A stretch of DNA of 64,000 nucleotides from Mobula hypostoma (GCF_963921235.1 NC_086097.1:189474001-189538000), one strand, 5' to 3'. Counted from the stretch's first letter, positions 1-13,530 are shown. Numbers and translations: made by a program. Notes: a model not told the origin generated them from the sequence alone.

Positions 1-418
1 TATCTCCTGGAGAAACTGCTCATGGCATCCAACTGCTTGTCCTTGGCAGGCCAATGCTGTGCAAAGTTGATCAATCACTGCTGGGTCCATGATTGGCTGT
101 GTCCTCCAGTAACAATCTTCAGATGGGCAGAATCCAGGTGTGGAGTAAACTCAGGATCAGTGATGAGCACTGGTCTGGAATAACCTTAAATAGAGCATAA
201 AACACAGGAAACCCGTGCAAGTTAAAAACAAAAACTAATCACTTAAGAACGAGAAGCATAAATCAACCATATTCACATAACGAGCGTCACAGAAAGTATG
301 AAGCTTAATGATAAAAGGAATTAATAAACAATCCTAATAACCTCCAATGAGTGACATTCAGGTGTGTCAAGACCTACCGCTACCTGGCGCCACTTGCTGG
401 TCTGAAGGGCTCATGACA
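1..418 (-). mobile_element. Gypsy/Ty3 LTR retrotransposon 5' end: LTR (~418-108) and start of gag (ATG at 90), running off the window
   Basis: The minus strand starts TGTCATG at 418 and reads ...GTTACT at ~108. The ATG at 90 opens MDPAVIDQLCTALACQGQAVGCHEQFLQEI, which resembles the N-terminus of fish Gypsy/sushi-type gag. Confidence 0.6.
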
Positions 419-420
419 AC

Positions 421-1380
421 TTGTTGTCACCTATCTCACTTGTTTTCACTTTGTGGGATGTGTTAGCATTCAAGCCCTGCCACAGTTGTCGAGCATCCTT
501 CAGTGATTCAAATTTGGTCCAGAATTACCACTTTGCATGTGAGGTGACTTTCCAGAGGTTGTACCTGGAGACCTCTGTATTTTATTTGGTTGCCAGACCA
601 GAACACCATTGATCTGGTCCTGAGAAGACTGCTGATCTCATGATTCATACAGGGCTTCTGGTTGCAGAAGACCTTTGTCTCTTGATTTTGAGAGATCTTG
701 AGTGGATGCACTTATTCACAACTGTTTTTATAAAGTCTGCGACAACCATGGCATATTCGTTCAGATCCACAGGTGTGTCCTTGAACATGGCCCAGTCCGT
801 TGACTCAAACCAATCTTGTAGCCACTCCTCTGCCTCCCATGACCACCTCTTTATTGTCCTTACCTCTGTAGTATTGCTAATTAACTTCTGCTTGTATGTA
901 GGTGGGAGGATAGCCAGATGGTCAGGTTTTCCAAAATACAGTCTAGAAATGGAACAGTAGGAATTCCTAGGTATCATAGTGTTCGAGCGGTTTTGGACCC
1001 TTGTGCTGTAGGTGATAAGTTCATGATAATTGTGCAGAGATTTCTTCAAACAAGCCTGATTGAAGTCCCCAGCAATGATTGGAAAGGTGTTGGGGTAGGC
1101 CCTTTTTTTTCTTTGCTGATCATGGCACTCAGTGCTTAGAATGCCTGGTTAACACTTTGCCTTTTTTTGGTAGTTACACTGTGGTCAGGATAAGAGAGGA
1201 GGACTCTCTTGGTAAGTAGAATGGTTGGCACGTAATTATTAAGTATGCCAGGTGTGGAGAACAAGAGTGCGACAAACCCGCTATGTCCGAAGACCATGAA
1301 GAGTTGATCATGAAACATAGACCCCCATCTTTTGACTTCTCCGAATCAACAGTCCAGTTCATCCAGTGTATCGAGAACAA
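421..1380 (-). mobile_element. Rex1/Babar non-LTR retrotransposon fragment (endonuclease-linker region), decayed
   Basis: ORF 645-1049 has GKPDHLAILPPTYKQKL...WSWEAEEWLQDWFESTDWAMFKD, with frameshifted neighbouring ORFs (KSKDGGLCFMINSSW; CQPFYLPRESS). Confidence 0.8.
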
Positions 1381-2224
1381 CCTGCACAGGCACGTCCCAC
1401 ACTTTGAAACATTTCCATTTATGCATGCAGAGGCAGAATAAGCAAAAATGTCTTTTTTATTATTTTATGAGCTCTATTTCTAAGGTAGATTTGGAGTACC
1501 ATCTGTCCACTTTAGGTTTGCTTATCTCTAAAAAACATGCTGAATCTTAAATTCATTATTGAATAGTAAGACAGAAAATTAATTTACATTAGGCTACATG
1601 ACTAGTGGCCAACAGTGAAGCACCTTCTTTGTCTTCATTTTCAGGGTAGAAATTACTCTTGCTGGAGTTATGTTGATTAAATGGAAGCATTAACCTATTC
1701 ATTTTAAGTGGGTTAATGACTTAATTACAATAATCAAGAAAGGATTTGGCTTGAGTGCAGTAATTTCTGCAATAATATTTAACCCAGCTCCATATATATT
1801 TTAATGATCTGCATTGCTTCAAGCATGGTTTTGAAATTTCTAATTTTCTTGATTTAATTTTCCACTCATTTTAAACATGTATATTTCAATTTTTCATGCC
1901 ACTTTTTTCTTTTTCCGAACTTTTAAAAGATTTTTTCCTTTAAATGCAGAATATCATGAACAATTAAATTATTAGCAAAGGAGGCTGATGCTAAACTAAA
2001 GTGTTGCATAAGGGATTGCCAAAGAATGAACTATCGATGTAAAATATGTGCATAAATTGGGTATTGGCTGGTTTTGCATTCCTCAAAAACCTATGTAAAA
2101 TTAACTGAGCTAATTTATCCAACAAGGGGACCTCTCATCAGCTTACTTGAATAGTAGGACTGTCAAAGGATACTCTCTCTTTTCAACACAGTTTTTCATT
2201 TTCAGTCTGTTGCTTAGTTCGAAT

Positions 2225-3000
2225 GGTTCAATTTAATGTCAGAGAATGTATGCAGTATACAACCCGAAATTCTTACTCTTCACAGGCATCCATGAAACAA
2301 GAAACCCAATAGAACAGATGATAGAAACATCAGAACCCCAAAGCCCCCCCTCCCCCTCTCACGGACAATCAGCAGGAAGCATTGATCCTCCTCCTTCCCT
2401 TCCCCCCACTTGTGCCTGCGGAAGCACCAACACTCCCACCCCTCCACCATGCAAGCAACAGCAAAAGTCCTCCAAAGGGACCTTGATCTAGAGTCCGTCA
2501 CAAACTACAGTCCATAACCCAGCACTTCAGTATCTCAGACAGGCTCTCTCTCACAAGACAGAGAGAGAGAGATCGCTCCTGCAACAACGTGAGTGGAGAC
2601 CAGCAACTTGCTCTTCCGATGTTACAATCTTTTGCCTCGCTTCTCCAAGCCCCCTGAGTCAAGGACTGACAGGCTTTCACTCAATGTCAAAAGAGAGGGA
2701 TCGCTTGAGTACAGGAGTCTTCTTCTGACAGCAGCACACCCCACCTGCTGTCCCAATATTTCAGTCTACAGTGACACTGCAGATGGCGAAAACAGCGAAG
2801 ACTGGGTCATCTACAAGGCCACTTCTTAGAGGTGCACGTCTTCTGGGCCATCCCTGGAGATAGGGAAGCGCCAGGCTGCACGTCTGGTCTGAAAACGCAC
2901 TGCTTGTGAAGAACCATAGTCTGAGATGTAGATCACAGACTCTGACAGAACCCCTTAAAAGAAAAGAAAGACATAAGAGAAGAAAAATAAGCTGTTTCAT
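2225..3000 (-). repeat. Non-autonomous LINE-tail (Rex1-like) interspersed repeat
   Basis: Begins with a reverse-complement polyA-signal/microsatellite tail similar to other Rex1 tails in the window. No coding capacity. Confidence 0.4.
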
Positions 3001-3034
3001 AGACGAACTGGAAGAAGTTGCCTAGGTCTACAAA

Positions 3035-3510
3035 GGGGATGAGCTCTCACTACCTATTAAATGCTCCCGAGACCAGGCTCCTCAAATAGCCTCTGACAGC
3101 CAAGTCCAATTCTTGACTTTCACATGTGGCTTAGTTACTAACCCTTGCGGAACTGTTTCTACTGACTGAAGAAAGAGTAAAGGCGGGTTACTGGCATCTT
3201 AAAACCAGTTGTTTCAGGCATATAAGGCTCATTAGCCATGGTTGGCAACTCATCTGGGAGAAGGAAAACTCTCATTTCAAACCTCCACTGCCTTGTGGCT
3301 GGACCCACTCATGGGCGAAGGCTTTGGGAGTAAACCCAAAGGAAAAATCTGTGGCTGGAGTCCCTAAGGCAGTCCTACGTTAAGTTCAAGCTGACCGGTA
3401 ATTCCTGTGATGTCGTTGGTGCCAGATTGTATCAGACTCTGCCGTTCCTTTGGATTCATCAGCTGCTTGGAGATGGGGAGCCTGTCAAAGGCAACAGCTT
3501 GCTCTCCAAT
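3035..3510 (+). mobile_element. Non-autonomous RTE-derived (SINE-like) repeat, copy 1
   Basis: Clearly homologous to 47883-48266 (GGAAAACTCT..TTTCAAAC..CCCACTCATGGG..GGGAGTAAACCC..GCTGGAGTCCCTAAGGC). Confidence 0.65.
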
Positions 3511-3939
3511 TAACATACAGAGTTAGGCCATTTGACCCATCGAGTCTGCTCTGCCATTTTATCATGGCTGATCTTTTTTTCCTCTCAGCCCCAATCTCCT
3601 GCCTTCTGCCCGTATCCCTTCATGTTCTGACCAATCAAGAATCTATCAACCTCTGCCTTAAATATATATAACAACTTGGCATTCACCACCACCTGTGGCA
3701 ATGAATTCCACAGATTCACCATTCTTTGGCGAAAGAAATTCGTTCTCATCTCCGTTCTAAAAGGACATCTTACTATGCTGAAGCTGTGTCGTCTGGTCCT
3801 AGATTTCCCACCTTAGGAAATATCTTCTCCACATCCACTCTATTGACGTTTCAACATTTGATCAGTTTCAATTAGGTCATCCCTCATTCTTCTGAATTCC
3901 AGTCAATACAGGCACAGAGCCATCAAATGTTCTTCGCAT

Positions 3940-4894
3940 GCTCTATATACACGTGACTGTGTGGCTAGGCATAGCTCAAATACCATCTATAAATTTGCTG
4001 ATGATACAACATTGTTGGTAGAATCTCAGGTGGTGATGAGAGGGTGTACAGGAGTGAGATATGCCAACTAGTGGAGTGGTGCCACAGCAACAACCTGGCA
4101 CTCAACGTCCGTAGGACAAAAGAGCTGATTGTGGACTTCAGGAAGGGTAAGACGAAGGAACACATACCAATCATCATAGAGGGATCAGAAGTGGAGAGAG
4201 TGAGCAGCTTCAAGTTCCTGGGTGTTAAGATCTCTGAGGATCTAACCTGGTCCCAACATATCGATGCAGTTATAAAGAAGGAAAGACAGTGGCAATAGGA
4301 GTTTAAAGAGATTTGGCAGGTCAACAATTACACTCAAAAACCTGTATAGATGTACTGTGCAGAGCATTCTGACAGGCCACATCATTATCTAGTATGGGGG
4401 CGAAAGCTACTGCACAGGACTGAAAGAAGCTGCAGAGGGTTGTAAATCTAGTCAGCTCTATCTTGGGCACTAGCCTACCTTTGTACTACCCAGGACATCT
4501 TCAGGGACTGGTGCCTCAGAAAGGCAGCATCCATTATTAAGGACCTCCAGCACCCAGAGCATGCCCTTTTCTCACTGTTACCAACAGTAGGAGATACAGA
4601 AGCCTGAAGGCACACACTCAGTGATTCAGGAACAGCTTCTTCCCCTCTGCCATCCAATTCCTAAATGGACATTGAACCTTTGGACAATACCTCACTTTTT
4701 TAATATACAGTATTTCTGTTTTTTTGCATGATTTTTAATTTATTCAATATACATGTACTGTAATTGATTGATTAATTTATTATTTTTATTTTATTTTTTT
4801 CTTCTATATTATGTATTGCATTGAACTGCTGCTGCTAAGTTAACAAATTTCACGTTACATGCCGATGATAATAAACCTGATTCTCATTCTGATT
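3940..4894 (+). mobile_element. 5'-truncated Rex1/Babar LINE nested in CR1
   Basis: KFADDT, then TKELIVDFRK...VERVSSFKFLGVKISEDLTWS. Ends AATAAA plus a (CTGATT)n tail at 4877-4894, and the CR1 resumes at 4895. Confidence 0.85.
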
Positions 4895-5232
4895 CATATG
4901 ACAAGCCATTCAATCCTGGAATCAATTTTGTGAACCCCCTTTGTACCCTCTCCAATTTCAGCACATCCTTTCTAAGATAAAGGGCCCAAAACTGCTTACA
5001 ATACTTCAGGTGAGGCCTCATCAGTGTTTTATAAAGTCTCAACATTACATCCTTGCATTTATATTCTCGTCCTCTTGAAATGAATGCTAACATTGCATTT
5101 GCCTTCCTCACTTCTGACTACCTGTAAATTACCCTTTAGGGAATCTTGCACAAGGACTCCCATGTCCCTTTGCACCTCAGATCTTTGAATTTTCTCTCTA
5201 TTTAGAAAATATTCTACCTTTAATTTATTCTC

Positions 5233-6400
5233 AAAATCAAATCAAATCATGTTTAATTATCATTCAAACCATACATAGATACAGCTGAACAAGATGGCAT
5301 TCCTCTGGGGCCAAGGCGCAAAACATTCAAGGGAGGGAGGGAGGGAACGTCGACTCAGATATGAAGGCTTTGCGTCGGGCATTTTCATGCTTTACAAGGC
5401 GCAGATTGGAAGTCTGTGTGGGACGCCACTCCTCGCACAGACACTAGAGCAATGTGTGGCTAAGTGCCTTGCTCAAGGACACAAACATGCTGCCACAGCT
5501 GAGGCTTGAACTAGCGACCTTCAGATCACTAGACGAATGCCTTAACCACTTGGCCACGTGCTCAACACTCAAACATCAAAATAGCAAGCAAACATTCAGA
5601 AATAGTGAGTGACATTCAAAATAGTGAGCAACATAATTCGAAATAGTGAGCAAAGAAGTATATTTACTGGAGACAAAAAACCATATATATAGTCCAAGAC
5701 CCTGACCGACAATGTCTGGCAAACGATGGTAGTCTCCCGGCAGTGTGCAGATAAATGCAATCCAGCCTGTCATTCCATTGCTTAAACACAAGATGGCAGC
5801 ACCAATGTGGGGGACCAGGCCCCAGCTGAGCGTGTATGCCACACTGTAATGCTTCTGCGCCTTCTCACCTGATCTGCAGCAGCAGTCAAGCCTGAGGCTT
5901 GAAGCTTAGTCCTCGCTATAACTGAGGCTACACAACTGCCATGATGTCTGTCCTGTCACCAAACAAAGGTAACGGGCCTGTGGCAACTTACATTACCCCT
6001 GTCCAACAAAGTCTTGGGATGGCAAGTGAATGTCTGAGACAATCTCACACGTTTATCCTGCACCAACTTCAATGCTTCCGAGTAACAGGCAGCAACATGG
6101 TCTGCAGCCAGGTTAGCTTGTCCATACCCAAGCCAGCTCCTCCGTCATCCCTGCCAGCTCCTCCGATATCCAGACTGCCTACTCTCCCAATATCCCAAAC
6201 CATCGCTTTGACACCTCGGCCAACTCCTCTGCCGACACCAATCCAACTACTCCGATCAATGAGCAGCTCACTGATGGAGTAGCCCGGCAGTACTGGAAGT
6301 TCTTGGAGTAGAATTGTCTTTGGATCATAGAAAAAACTAATTTTTCAAAGAAAAAAGTACCTTTGGTTGGCCCCCAAAAGGCTGCTGCATTCCCACACGC
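5233..6400 (-). repeat. Non-autonomous Rex1-tail repeat nested in CR1
   Basis: Reverse-complement (TTTGA)n tail at ~5233-5248. It interrupts the CR1 RT region, which resumes at ~6405. Confidence 0.5.
5327..5568 (-). mobile_element. tRNA-derived SINE with CORE-like domain
   Basis: Minus strand has A-box TGGCCAAGTGG, B-box GTTCAAGCC, then the CORE-like TGTGTCCTTGAGCAAGGCACTTA. Confidence 0.75.
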
Positions 6401-9400
6401 CACTATCTTACTGTAAGTGTATGACCATACACTTCCCGACACTGTATTCCATCTGCCACTTTGCCTATTCTCTTAATCTGTCTAAATCTTTCTGTAGTCA
6501 TTCTACTTCCTCAAAGCTACCTGCCCTTGAACCTATCTTTGTATTATCCCCAAACTTTGCCATCAATTCTATCATCTGAGTTATTGACACATATTGTAAA
6601 AAGAAGCTGTCCCAACACAGACCCCTGTGGAACACTACTAGTCACCAGCAGTCAATCAGAAAAGGCTCCATTTATTCCCACTCTTTGCCTGCTTCTAATC
6701 AGCTACTACTTTATCCATGCTAGTGTCTTTCCTGTAACACCATAGGCTATTAACCTGTTAAGCAGCCTCATGTGTGGCACCTTGTCAAAGGCCTTCTGAA
6801 AATTGAAGTACACAACATCCACTGATTTTCCTTTGTCTATCCTGCTTGTTATTTCTTCAAAGGCTTCCAACAGATTTGTTAGGTAAGATTTTCCCTTGAG
6901 GAAACCATGCTGACTACAGCCTATTTTATCATGTGTCTCCAAGTATACTGAAACATCCTCCTTAACAATTGACTCCAACATCTTTCCAACCACAGTGGTC
7001 AGACCAACTGGCGTATAATTTCCTTTCTTCTGCCTCTCTCCCTTCTTGAAGAGTGGAGTGACATTTGCAATTTTACAGTCGTCCGGAACCATTCCAGAAC
7101 CTAGAGAAACTTGAAAGAACATTACTCATGCTTCCACAATCTCTTCAGCCACCTCTTTCACAATCTTGTGGTGCACACAATCTGGCCCAGGTGAATTATC
7201 TACCCTCAGACCTTTTATTTTCCCAAGATCCTTCTCCCTAGTAATGGCAACATCACACTTCTGTATCTGAAGAAACTTTTCATAACCTCCTTAATACAAT
7301 TGACAAGCTTACTTTCATATTTCATCTTTTCCTTCTTAATGACTTTTTAGTTGCCTTCTGTAGGTTTTTAAGAGCTGCCCAATCCTCTAACTTCCCATTA
7401 ATTTTTGCTCTATTATATGCCATCTCTTTGGCTTTTATGTTGGCTTTGACTTTTATTGTTGGCCACGGTTGCGTCATCTTGCCTTTAGAATACTTCTTCC
7501 TCTTTGGGATATATATATCCTGTGCCTTCTAAATTGTTTCCAGAAATTTCAGCCATTGCTCCTCTGCTGTCATTTCTGCCAGTGTACTTTTCCTATTAAT
7601 TATGTTCAACTCCTCTCTCAAACCTCTGTAATTCCCTTAACTACACTGTAATGCTGATACATCTGACTTTAGCTTTTTCTTCTCAAATTTCAAGGTGAAT
7701 TCTAGGTGAATGTTCACCTGCCCCTCAGGGTTCTTTTACCTTAAGCTCTTTAATCAATTCCAGTTCACTGCACAACACCAAGTCCAGAATAGTTGATCCC
7801 CTAGTGGACTCAACCATAAGTTGCTCTAAATAGGCATTATAGAAATTCTCCCTCTTGGAATTCGGCACCAACTTGATTTTCCCAATCTACCTGCATGTTG
7901 AAATCTCCCATGACTATTGTAGCATTGCCCTTTTAGCATGTATTTTCTATCTCCTGGTGTCACTTGTAGACTGCATCCTTACTGCTGTTTGGGGGTCTGT
8001 ATATAACTCCCATCAGGGTCTTTTTACTCTTGCAGTTCCTTAGCTCTAACCACAACGATTCAACACCTTCCGACATTAGGTCTCCTCTTTCTAATAATTT
8101 GATACAATATGTATCATTGGATGTTGCTCCCACCTATATTCTTTCAGCCATTATACTGTGATGCCCACAACATCATACATACCAATATGTAACTGTGCTA
8201 CAAGTTCATCTACCTTATTCTGTATACTGCATGCATTCAGGTATAACACCTTCAGTCCTGTATTCACCCTTTTCAACTTTGTCCACCTTTTACATTGCAA
8301 CTCATCCTGTTGACTGCAATTTTTTGCCCTATCATTTGCCTCTCATTGCTAGGAGTCTCACTACACAATGCCTTTTTTTGTAAACCAATTACCCCATTGT
8401 CAAAACTATCACACTGCTTCCCATCTCTCTGCTAAATTAGTTCAAACCTCCCTAAACAACACTAGCAAACCTGCCTGCAAGGATATTGGTCCCCCTCGGG
8501 TTCAGGTGTAACCTGTCCCTTTTCTACAGTTGTACCTTCTTCTGAAGAGATCCCAATGATCCATAAATCTGATCCCCTGCCCCCACATCACTTCCTCAAC
8601 CTCGCATTCACCTGTCAAATCATCCTATTCTTACCCTCACTGGTGTGTGGCACAGGCAACAATCCAAAGAATACTACCCTGCTTTTCGGCTTTCTACCTA
8701 GCTCCCTAAAATCTCTTTTCAGGATCTCCTATTGGTGCCAATATGTACCAAGACTTCTGGCTGCTCACCCTCACCCTTGAGAATGCCATGGACACGATCT
8801 GAGAAATCCCTGACCCTGGCACCTGGGAAGCAACATACCATCCAGGTGTCTCTATTGCACCAACAGAATCTCATTTCTGTTCCTCTGGCTCTCTGCTCTT
8901 CTGAGCCACAGCATCAGACTCAATGCCAGAGACCCAGTCACTGCAGCTCCTTCCTTGTAGGCCATGTCCCCTCAACAGTATCTAAATATGTCTACTTATT
9001 ATTGAGGGGAACAGCCACAGGTGTACACTGCATTAGCTGTACATGTCTCCTCCTTCTCCAGAGAGTCATCCAGTTACCTGACTCCTTCAATCTAGGGGTA
9101 ACTACTTCCCTGTAGCTCTCATCTATCACCTCCTCATTCTCCCCTACGAGCCGAAGGTCATCAGGATGCAGCACCTGTTCCTTAACATGTTCTCTTGGGA
9201 GCTGCAGCTCAGTGTACCTGCTTCAGAAGTGTTTATCTGAGAGACAGTGGTCTCCCAGATTTCCCACATCTCACACACAGTACAAAACACTGCCCTGGAG
9301 TCATTCTCTCGAAACTACCATGCCCTAACAGACGAGGAATGAACAATTAAGAACAAAAAGAGAAATTTACCAGATACTTTACCTTGCCCAACTCTGATCT

Positions 9401-10433
9401 CGCTGAAGCCTGATGAGCCAAAGCCACTTTAAACTCGAGCACACTGGAATGAATGACTGCTCCACTTGCACGTCCATTATTTTTATTTGCCTTTTTGAAT
9501 GGAACCGCACAGTGATTGGACGCAGTTCAACTCCGAGAAATTGCTGCAAAGTTCTGCCTTTTAAATCTTGATTGTGAACCTGATTGAAAAGGTAGCTCCT
9601 TTTACGTACTCCCGCTTAGTAACTGGTCACAGTCCAACTCCAATATTATTCTGCCCTGGCTTGCATATCAAAGACGTAGACAGCTAGGACGCAAGATCCA
9701 TGGTCAACCCCAAACAATGGAGGGCCTCAATTGCTCTGTCCAATTATCAAAACCTTATTTTGAATTGAAGTATGCATTATCAGTGCAGGAGTGATACCTT
9801 GTGGGAGTATTCACTAAGATGAACATGGCGGGCAGCGAGATCAGGGAGCAGTATGCTCCCTGCATACTAGGGCATTTTGATATGAAGAGGAGGTCCCGGG
9901 TTTTTGAAGTATTTAAAGGAAGATAACTCCAAGGACTGAGAGTCATCAAGTTATACAGCACAAATGATAACCATTCTTCTATCTGGATAGGACTAAAGGA
10001 GTTCTACTTTACATTCAACATTGATAGTCTCCAGTGTACTATATAACTTAATGGAATGTCAGACCGGATGGTTGTGCACAACAGGCATTAGATGTCTGAT
10101 TACTACATTATCAGCTCCATGTTACCTAGTTTCTATTGTTATAGATAATTCATTTTAGAGGCTGTTTGAAATGTAATCCCCCCATGCAAATGGGTTAATT
10201 TCTCTCTTTTGATCTTAGCTCCAGCACTTGCACTAACCTTAGAAAAGATTTCCTTCCATTTGAGCATTTGTATTGACAACTCTTTATTGGTGTGTTGCAA
10301 CTTTCACATCTGATCAGTGCAAGAAACGTTGTACAGCTGCAGTCTGAAGCCTGATAAATAGAATTAAAGGCAATATATTTACCGCAGGATGTTCTGAAGG
10401 CTAATTGTTTAGTCCTTCCGAAGTTTTGTCATT

Positions 10434-13257
10434 CAAGAAGCATCAGGAACAAAGGTGATGAACTGAGAGTTTGGATACATACATGGAATTATGATGTAGT
10501 GGCCATTACAGAGACTTGGCTGGCACCAGGGCAGGAATGGATTCTCAATATTCCTGGATTTCAGTGCTTTAAAAGGGAGAGAGAGGGCGGAAAAAGGGGA
10601 GGAGGGGTGGCATTACTGATCAGGGATACTATTACAGCTACAGAAAGGATGGGTAATGTAGCAGAATCCTCTTTTGAGTCAATATGGGTGGAAGTCAGGA
10701 ACAGGAAGGGAGCAGTTACTCTACTGGGGGTATTCTATAGGCCCCCTGGTAGCAGCAGAGATACAGAGGAGCAGATTGGGAGGCAGATTTTGGAAAGGTG
10801 CAAAAATAACAGGGTTGTTATCATGGATGACTTTAATTTCCCTAATATTGATTGGCACCTGATTAGTTCCAAGGGTTTAGATGGGGCAGAATTTGTTAAG
10901 TGTGTCCAGGATGGATTTCTGTCGCAGTATGTGGACAGGCCGACCAGGGGGAATGCCATACTAGATCTAGTACTAGGTAATGAACCAGGTCAGGTCACAG
11001 ATCTCTCAGTGGGTGAGCATCTGGGGGACAGTGACCACTGCTCCCTGGCCTTTATAATTATCATTGAAAAGGATAGAATCAAAGGGGACAGGAAAATTTT
11101 TAATTGGGGAAAGGCAAATTATGAGGCTATAAGGCTAGAACTTGCGGGTGTGAATTGGGATGATGTTTTTGCAGGGAAATGTACTATGGACATGTGGTCG
11201 ATGTTTAGAGATCTCTTGCGGGATGTAAGGGATAAATTTGTCCCGGTGAGGAAGATAAAGAATGGTAGGGTGAAGGAACCATGGGTGACAAGTGAGGTGG
11301 AATATCTAGTCAGGAGGAAGAAGGCAGCATACATGAGGTTTAGGAAGCAAGGATCAGATGGGTCTATTGAGGACTACAGGGAAGCAAGAAAGGAGCTTAA
11401 GAAGGGGCTGAGAAGAGCAAGAAGGGGGCATGAGAAGGCCTTGGTGAGTAGGGTAAAGGAAAACCCCAAGGCATTCTTCAATTATGTGAAGAAAAAAAGG
11501 ATGACAGGAGTGAAGGTAGGACCGATTAGAGATAAAGGTGGGAAGATGTGCCTGGTGGCTGTGGAAGTGAGTGAGGTCCTCAATGAATACTTCTCTTCGG
11601 TATTCACCAATGAGAGGGAACTTGATGATGGTGAGGACAATATGAGTGAGGTTGATGTTCTGGAGCATGCTGATATTAAGGGAGAGGAGGTGTTGGAGTT
11701 GTTAAAATACATTAGGACAGATAAGTCCCCGGGGCCTGACAGAATATTCCCCAGGCTGCTCCACGAGGCGAGAGAAGGGATTGCTGAGCCTCTGGCTAGG
11801 ATCTTTATGTCCTCGTTGTCCACGGGAATGGTATCGGAGGATTGGAGGGAGGCGAATGTTGTTCCCTTGTTCAAAAAAGGTAGTAGGGATAGTCCGGGTA
11901 ATTATAGACCAGCGAGCCTTACGTCTGAGGTGGGAAAGCTGTTGGAAAAGATTCTTAGAGATAGGATCTATAGGCATTTAGAGAATCATGGTCTGATCAG
12001 GGACAGTCAGCATGGCTTTGTGAAGGGCAGATCGTGTCTAACAAGCCTGATAGAGTTCTTTGGGAGGTGACCAGGCACATAGATGAGGGTAGTGCAGTGG
12101 ATGTGATCTATATGGATTTTAGGAAGGCATTTGACAAGGTTCCACACGGTAGGCTTATTCAGAAAGTTAGAAGGCATGGGATCCAGGGAATTTTGGCCAG
12201 GTGGATTCAGAATTGGCTTGCCTGCAGAAGGCAGAGGGTGGTGGTGGAGGGAGTACATTCAGATTGGAGGATTGTGACTAGTGGTGTCCCACAAGGATCT
12301 GTTCTGGGACCTCTACTTTTCATAATTTTTATTAACGACCTGGATGTGGGGGTAGAAGGGTGGGTTGGCAAGTTTGCAGACGACACAAAGGTTGGTGGTG
12401 TTGTAGATAGTGTAGAGGATTGTCAAAGATTGCAGAGAGACATTGATAGGATGCAGAAGTGGGCTGAGAAGTGGCAGATGGAGTTCAACCTGGAGAAGTG
12501 TGAAGTGGTACACTTTGGAAGGACAAACTCCAAGGCAGAATACAAAGTAACTGGCAGGATACTTGGTAGTGTGGAGGAGCAGAGGGATCTCGGGGTACAT
12601 GTCCACAGATCCCTGAAAGTTGCCTCACAGGTGGATAGGGTAGTTAAGAAAGCTTATGGGGTGTTAGCTTTCATAAGTTGAGGGATAGAGTTTAAGAGTC
12701 GCGATGTAATGATGCAGCTCTATAAAACTCTGGTTAGGCCACACTTGGAGTATTGTGTCCACTTCTGGTCACCTCACTATAGGAAGGATGTGGAAGCATT
12801 GGAAAGGATACAGAGGAGATTTACCAGGATGCTGCCTGGTTTAGAGAGTATGGATTATGATCAGAGATTAAGGGAGCTAGGGCTTTACTCTTTGGAGAGA
12901 AGGACGATGAGAGGAGACATGATAGAGGTGTATAAGATAATAAGAGGAATAGATAGAGTGGATAGCCAGCACCTCTTCCCCAGGGCACCACTGCTCAATA
13001 CAAGAGGAAATGGCTTTAAGGTAAGGGGTGGGAAGTTCAAAGGGGATATTAGAGGAACGTTTTTTACTCAGAGAGTGGTTGGTGCATGGAATGCACTGCC
13101 TGAGTCAATGGTGGAGGCAGATACACTAGTGAAGTTTAAGAGACTACTAGACAGGTATATGGAGGAATCTAAGGTGAGGGCTTATGTGGGAGGCAGGGTT
13201 TGAGGGTCGGCACAACATTGTGGGTTGAAGGGCCTGTACTGTGCTGTACTATTCTAT
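10434..13257 (+). mobile_element. Young 5'-truncated CR1 LINE with nearly complete ORF2
   Basis: APE motifs AITETWL, FYRPP, DDFNFP, GDSDH. RT motifs GNYRP, SQHGF, KAFDKVPH, GVPQGSVLGP, FADDTK. Short 3'UTR ending in a TTCTAT-type tail. Confidence 0.95.
10499..13203 (+). pseudogene. CR1 ORF2 (APE endonuclease + reverse transcriptase), disrupted by a 1-nt frameshift at ~12063 and a TGA at 12679
   Basis: ORFs 10499-12070, 12034-12681 and 12709-13203 join into one collinear ORF2. Confidence 0.92.
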
Positions 13258-13530
13258 AGAATCATAGAGCTGTAAAGCATAGGAAAAGGTCCTTTGGCCC
13301 TCACTTGTCCATGCTGACCAGGGTGTATATTCAAGCTGATCCCATTTCCAAACACCTGGTTCATATCCCTCTAAACTCTTGCTGTCCACATACTTGAATA
13401 TATGTAATGTACCTGCCTTAACCAGTCTCTGTGGCAGCTGGTTCTATATATTTACCACCGGCTATGTAAAATTCATGCCCTCAGGTTCTAATGAAAGTTT
13501 TCACCTCTAGACTTAAAACTATGTCTTTAC
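13256..13530 (-). mobile_element. Old CR1 3' fragment, tail-to-tail with the young CR1
   Basis: CATAGAGCTGTAAAGCATAGGAAAAGGTCCTTTGGCCC...ATCCCTCTAAAC is the reverse complement of a CR1 3' end. Confidence 0.7.

Larger units (their letters stand above)
3511..9420 (-). mobile_element. Near full-length but decayed CR1 LINE (ORF1 + ORF2), interrupted by nested insertions
   Basis: 3' end at ~3511-3940. RT fragments at 4884-5111 (RLYKTLMRPHLKYC) and 6706-7122 (NVTPLFKKG...SQHGFLKGKSYLTNL...FQKAFDKVPH). ORF1 fragment at 8992-9174 (ESYREVVTPRL..GNWMT). Confidence 0.85.

Noticed and set aside
5490..5568. tRNA-like sequence with A and B boxes
   Set aside because: It is a SINE head that runs into a CORE-like body and lacks a complete acceptor stem. 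Not a tRNA gene.
9410..9416. Isolated CTGANGA heptamers here and at ~32399, ~45038, ~49313, ~57096 and ~59999
   Set aside because: No stem II, GAAA or NUH triplet at the right spacing, so they are not hammerheads.
10735..12606. Several minus-strand ORFs of 70-130 aa
   Set aside because: Antisense shadows of the plus-strand CR1 ORF2.
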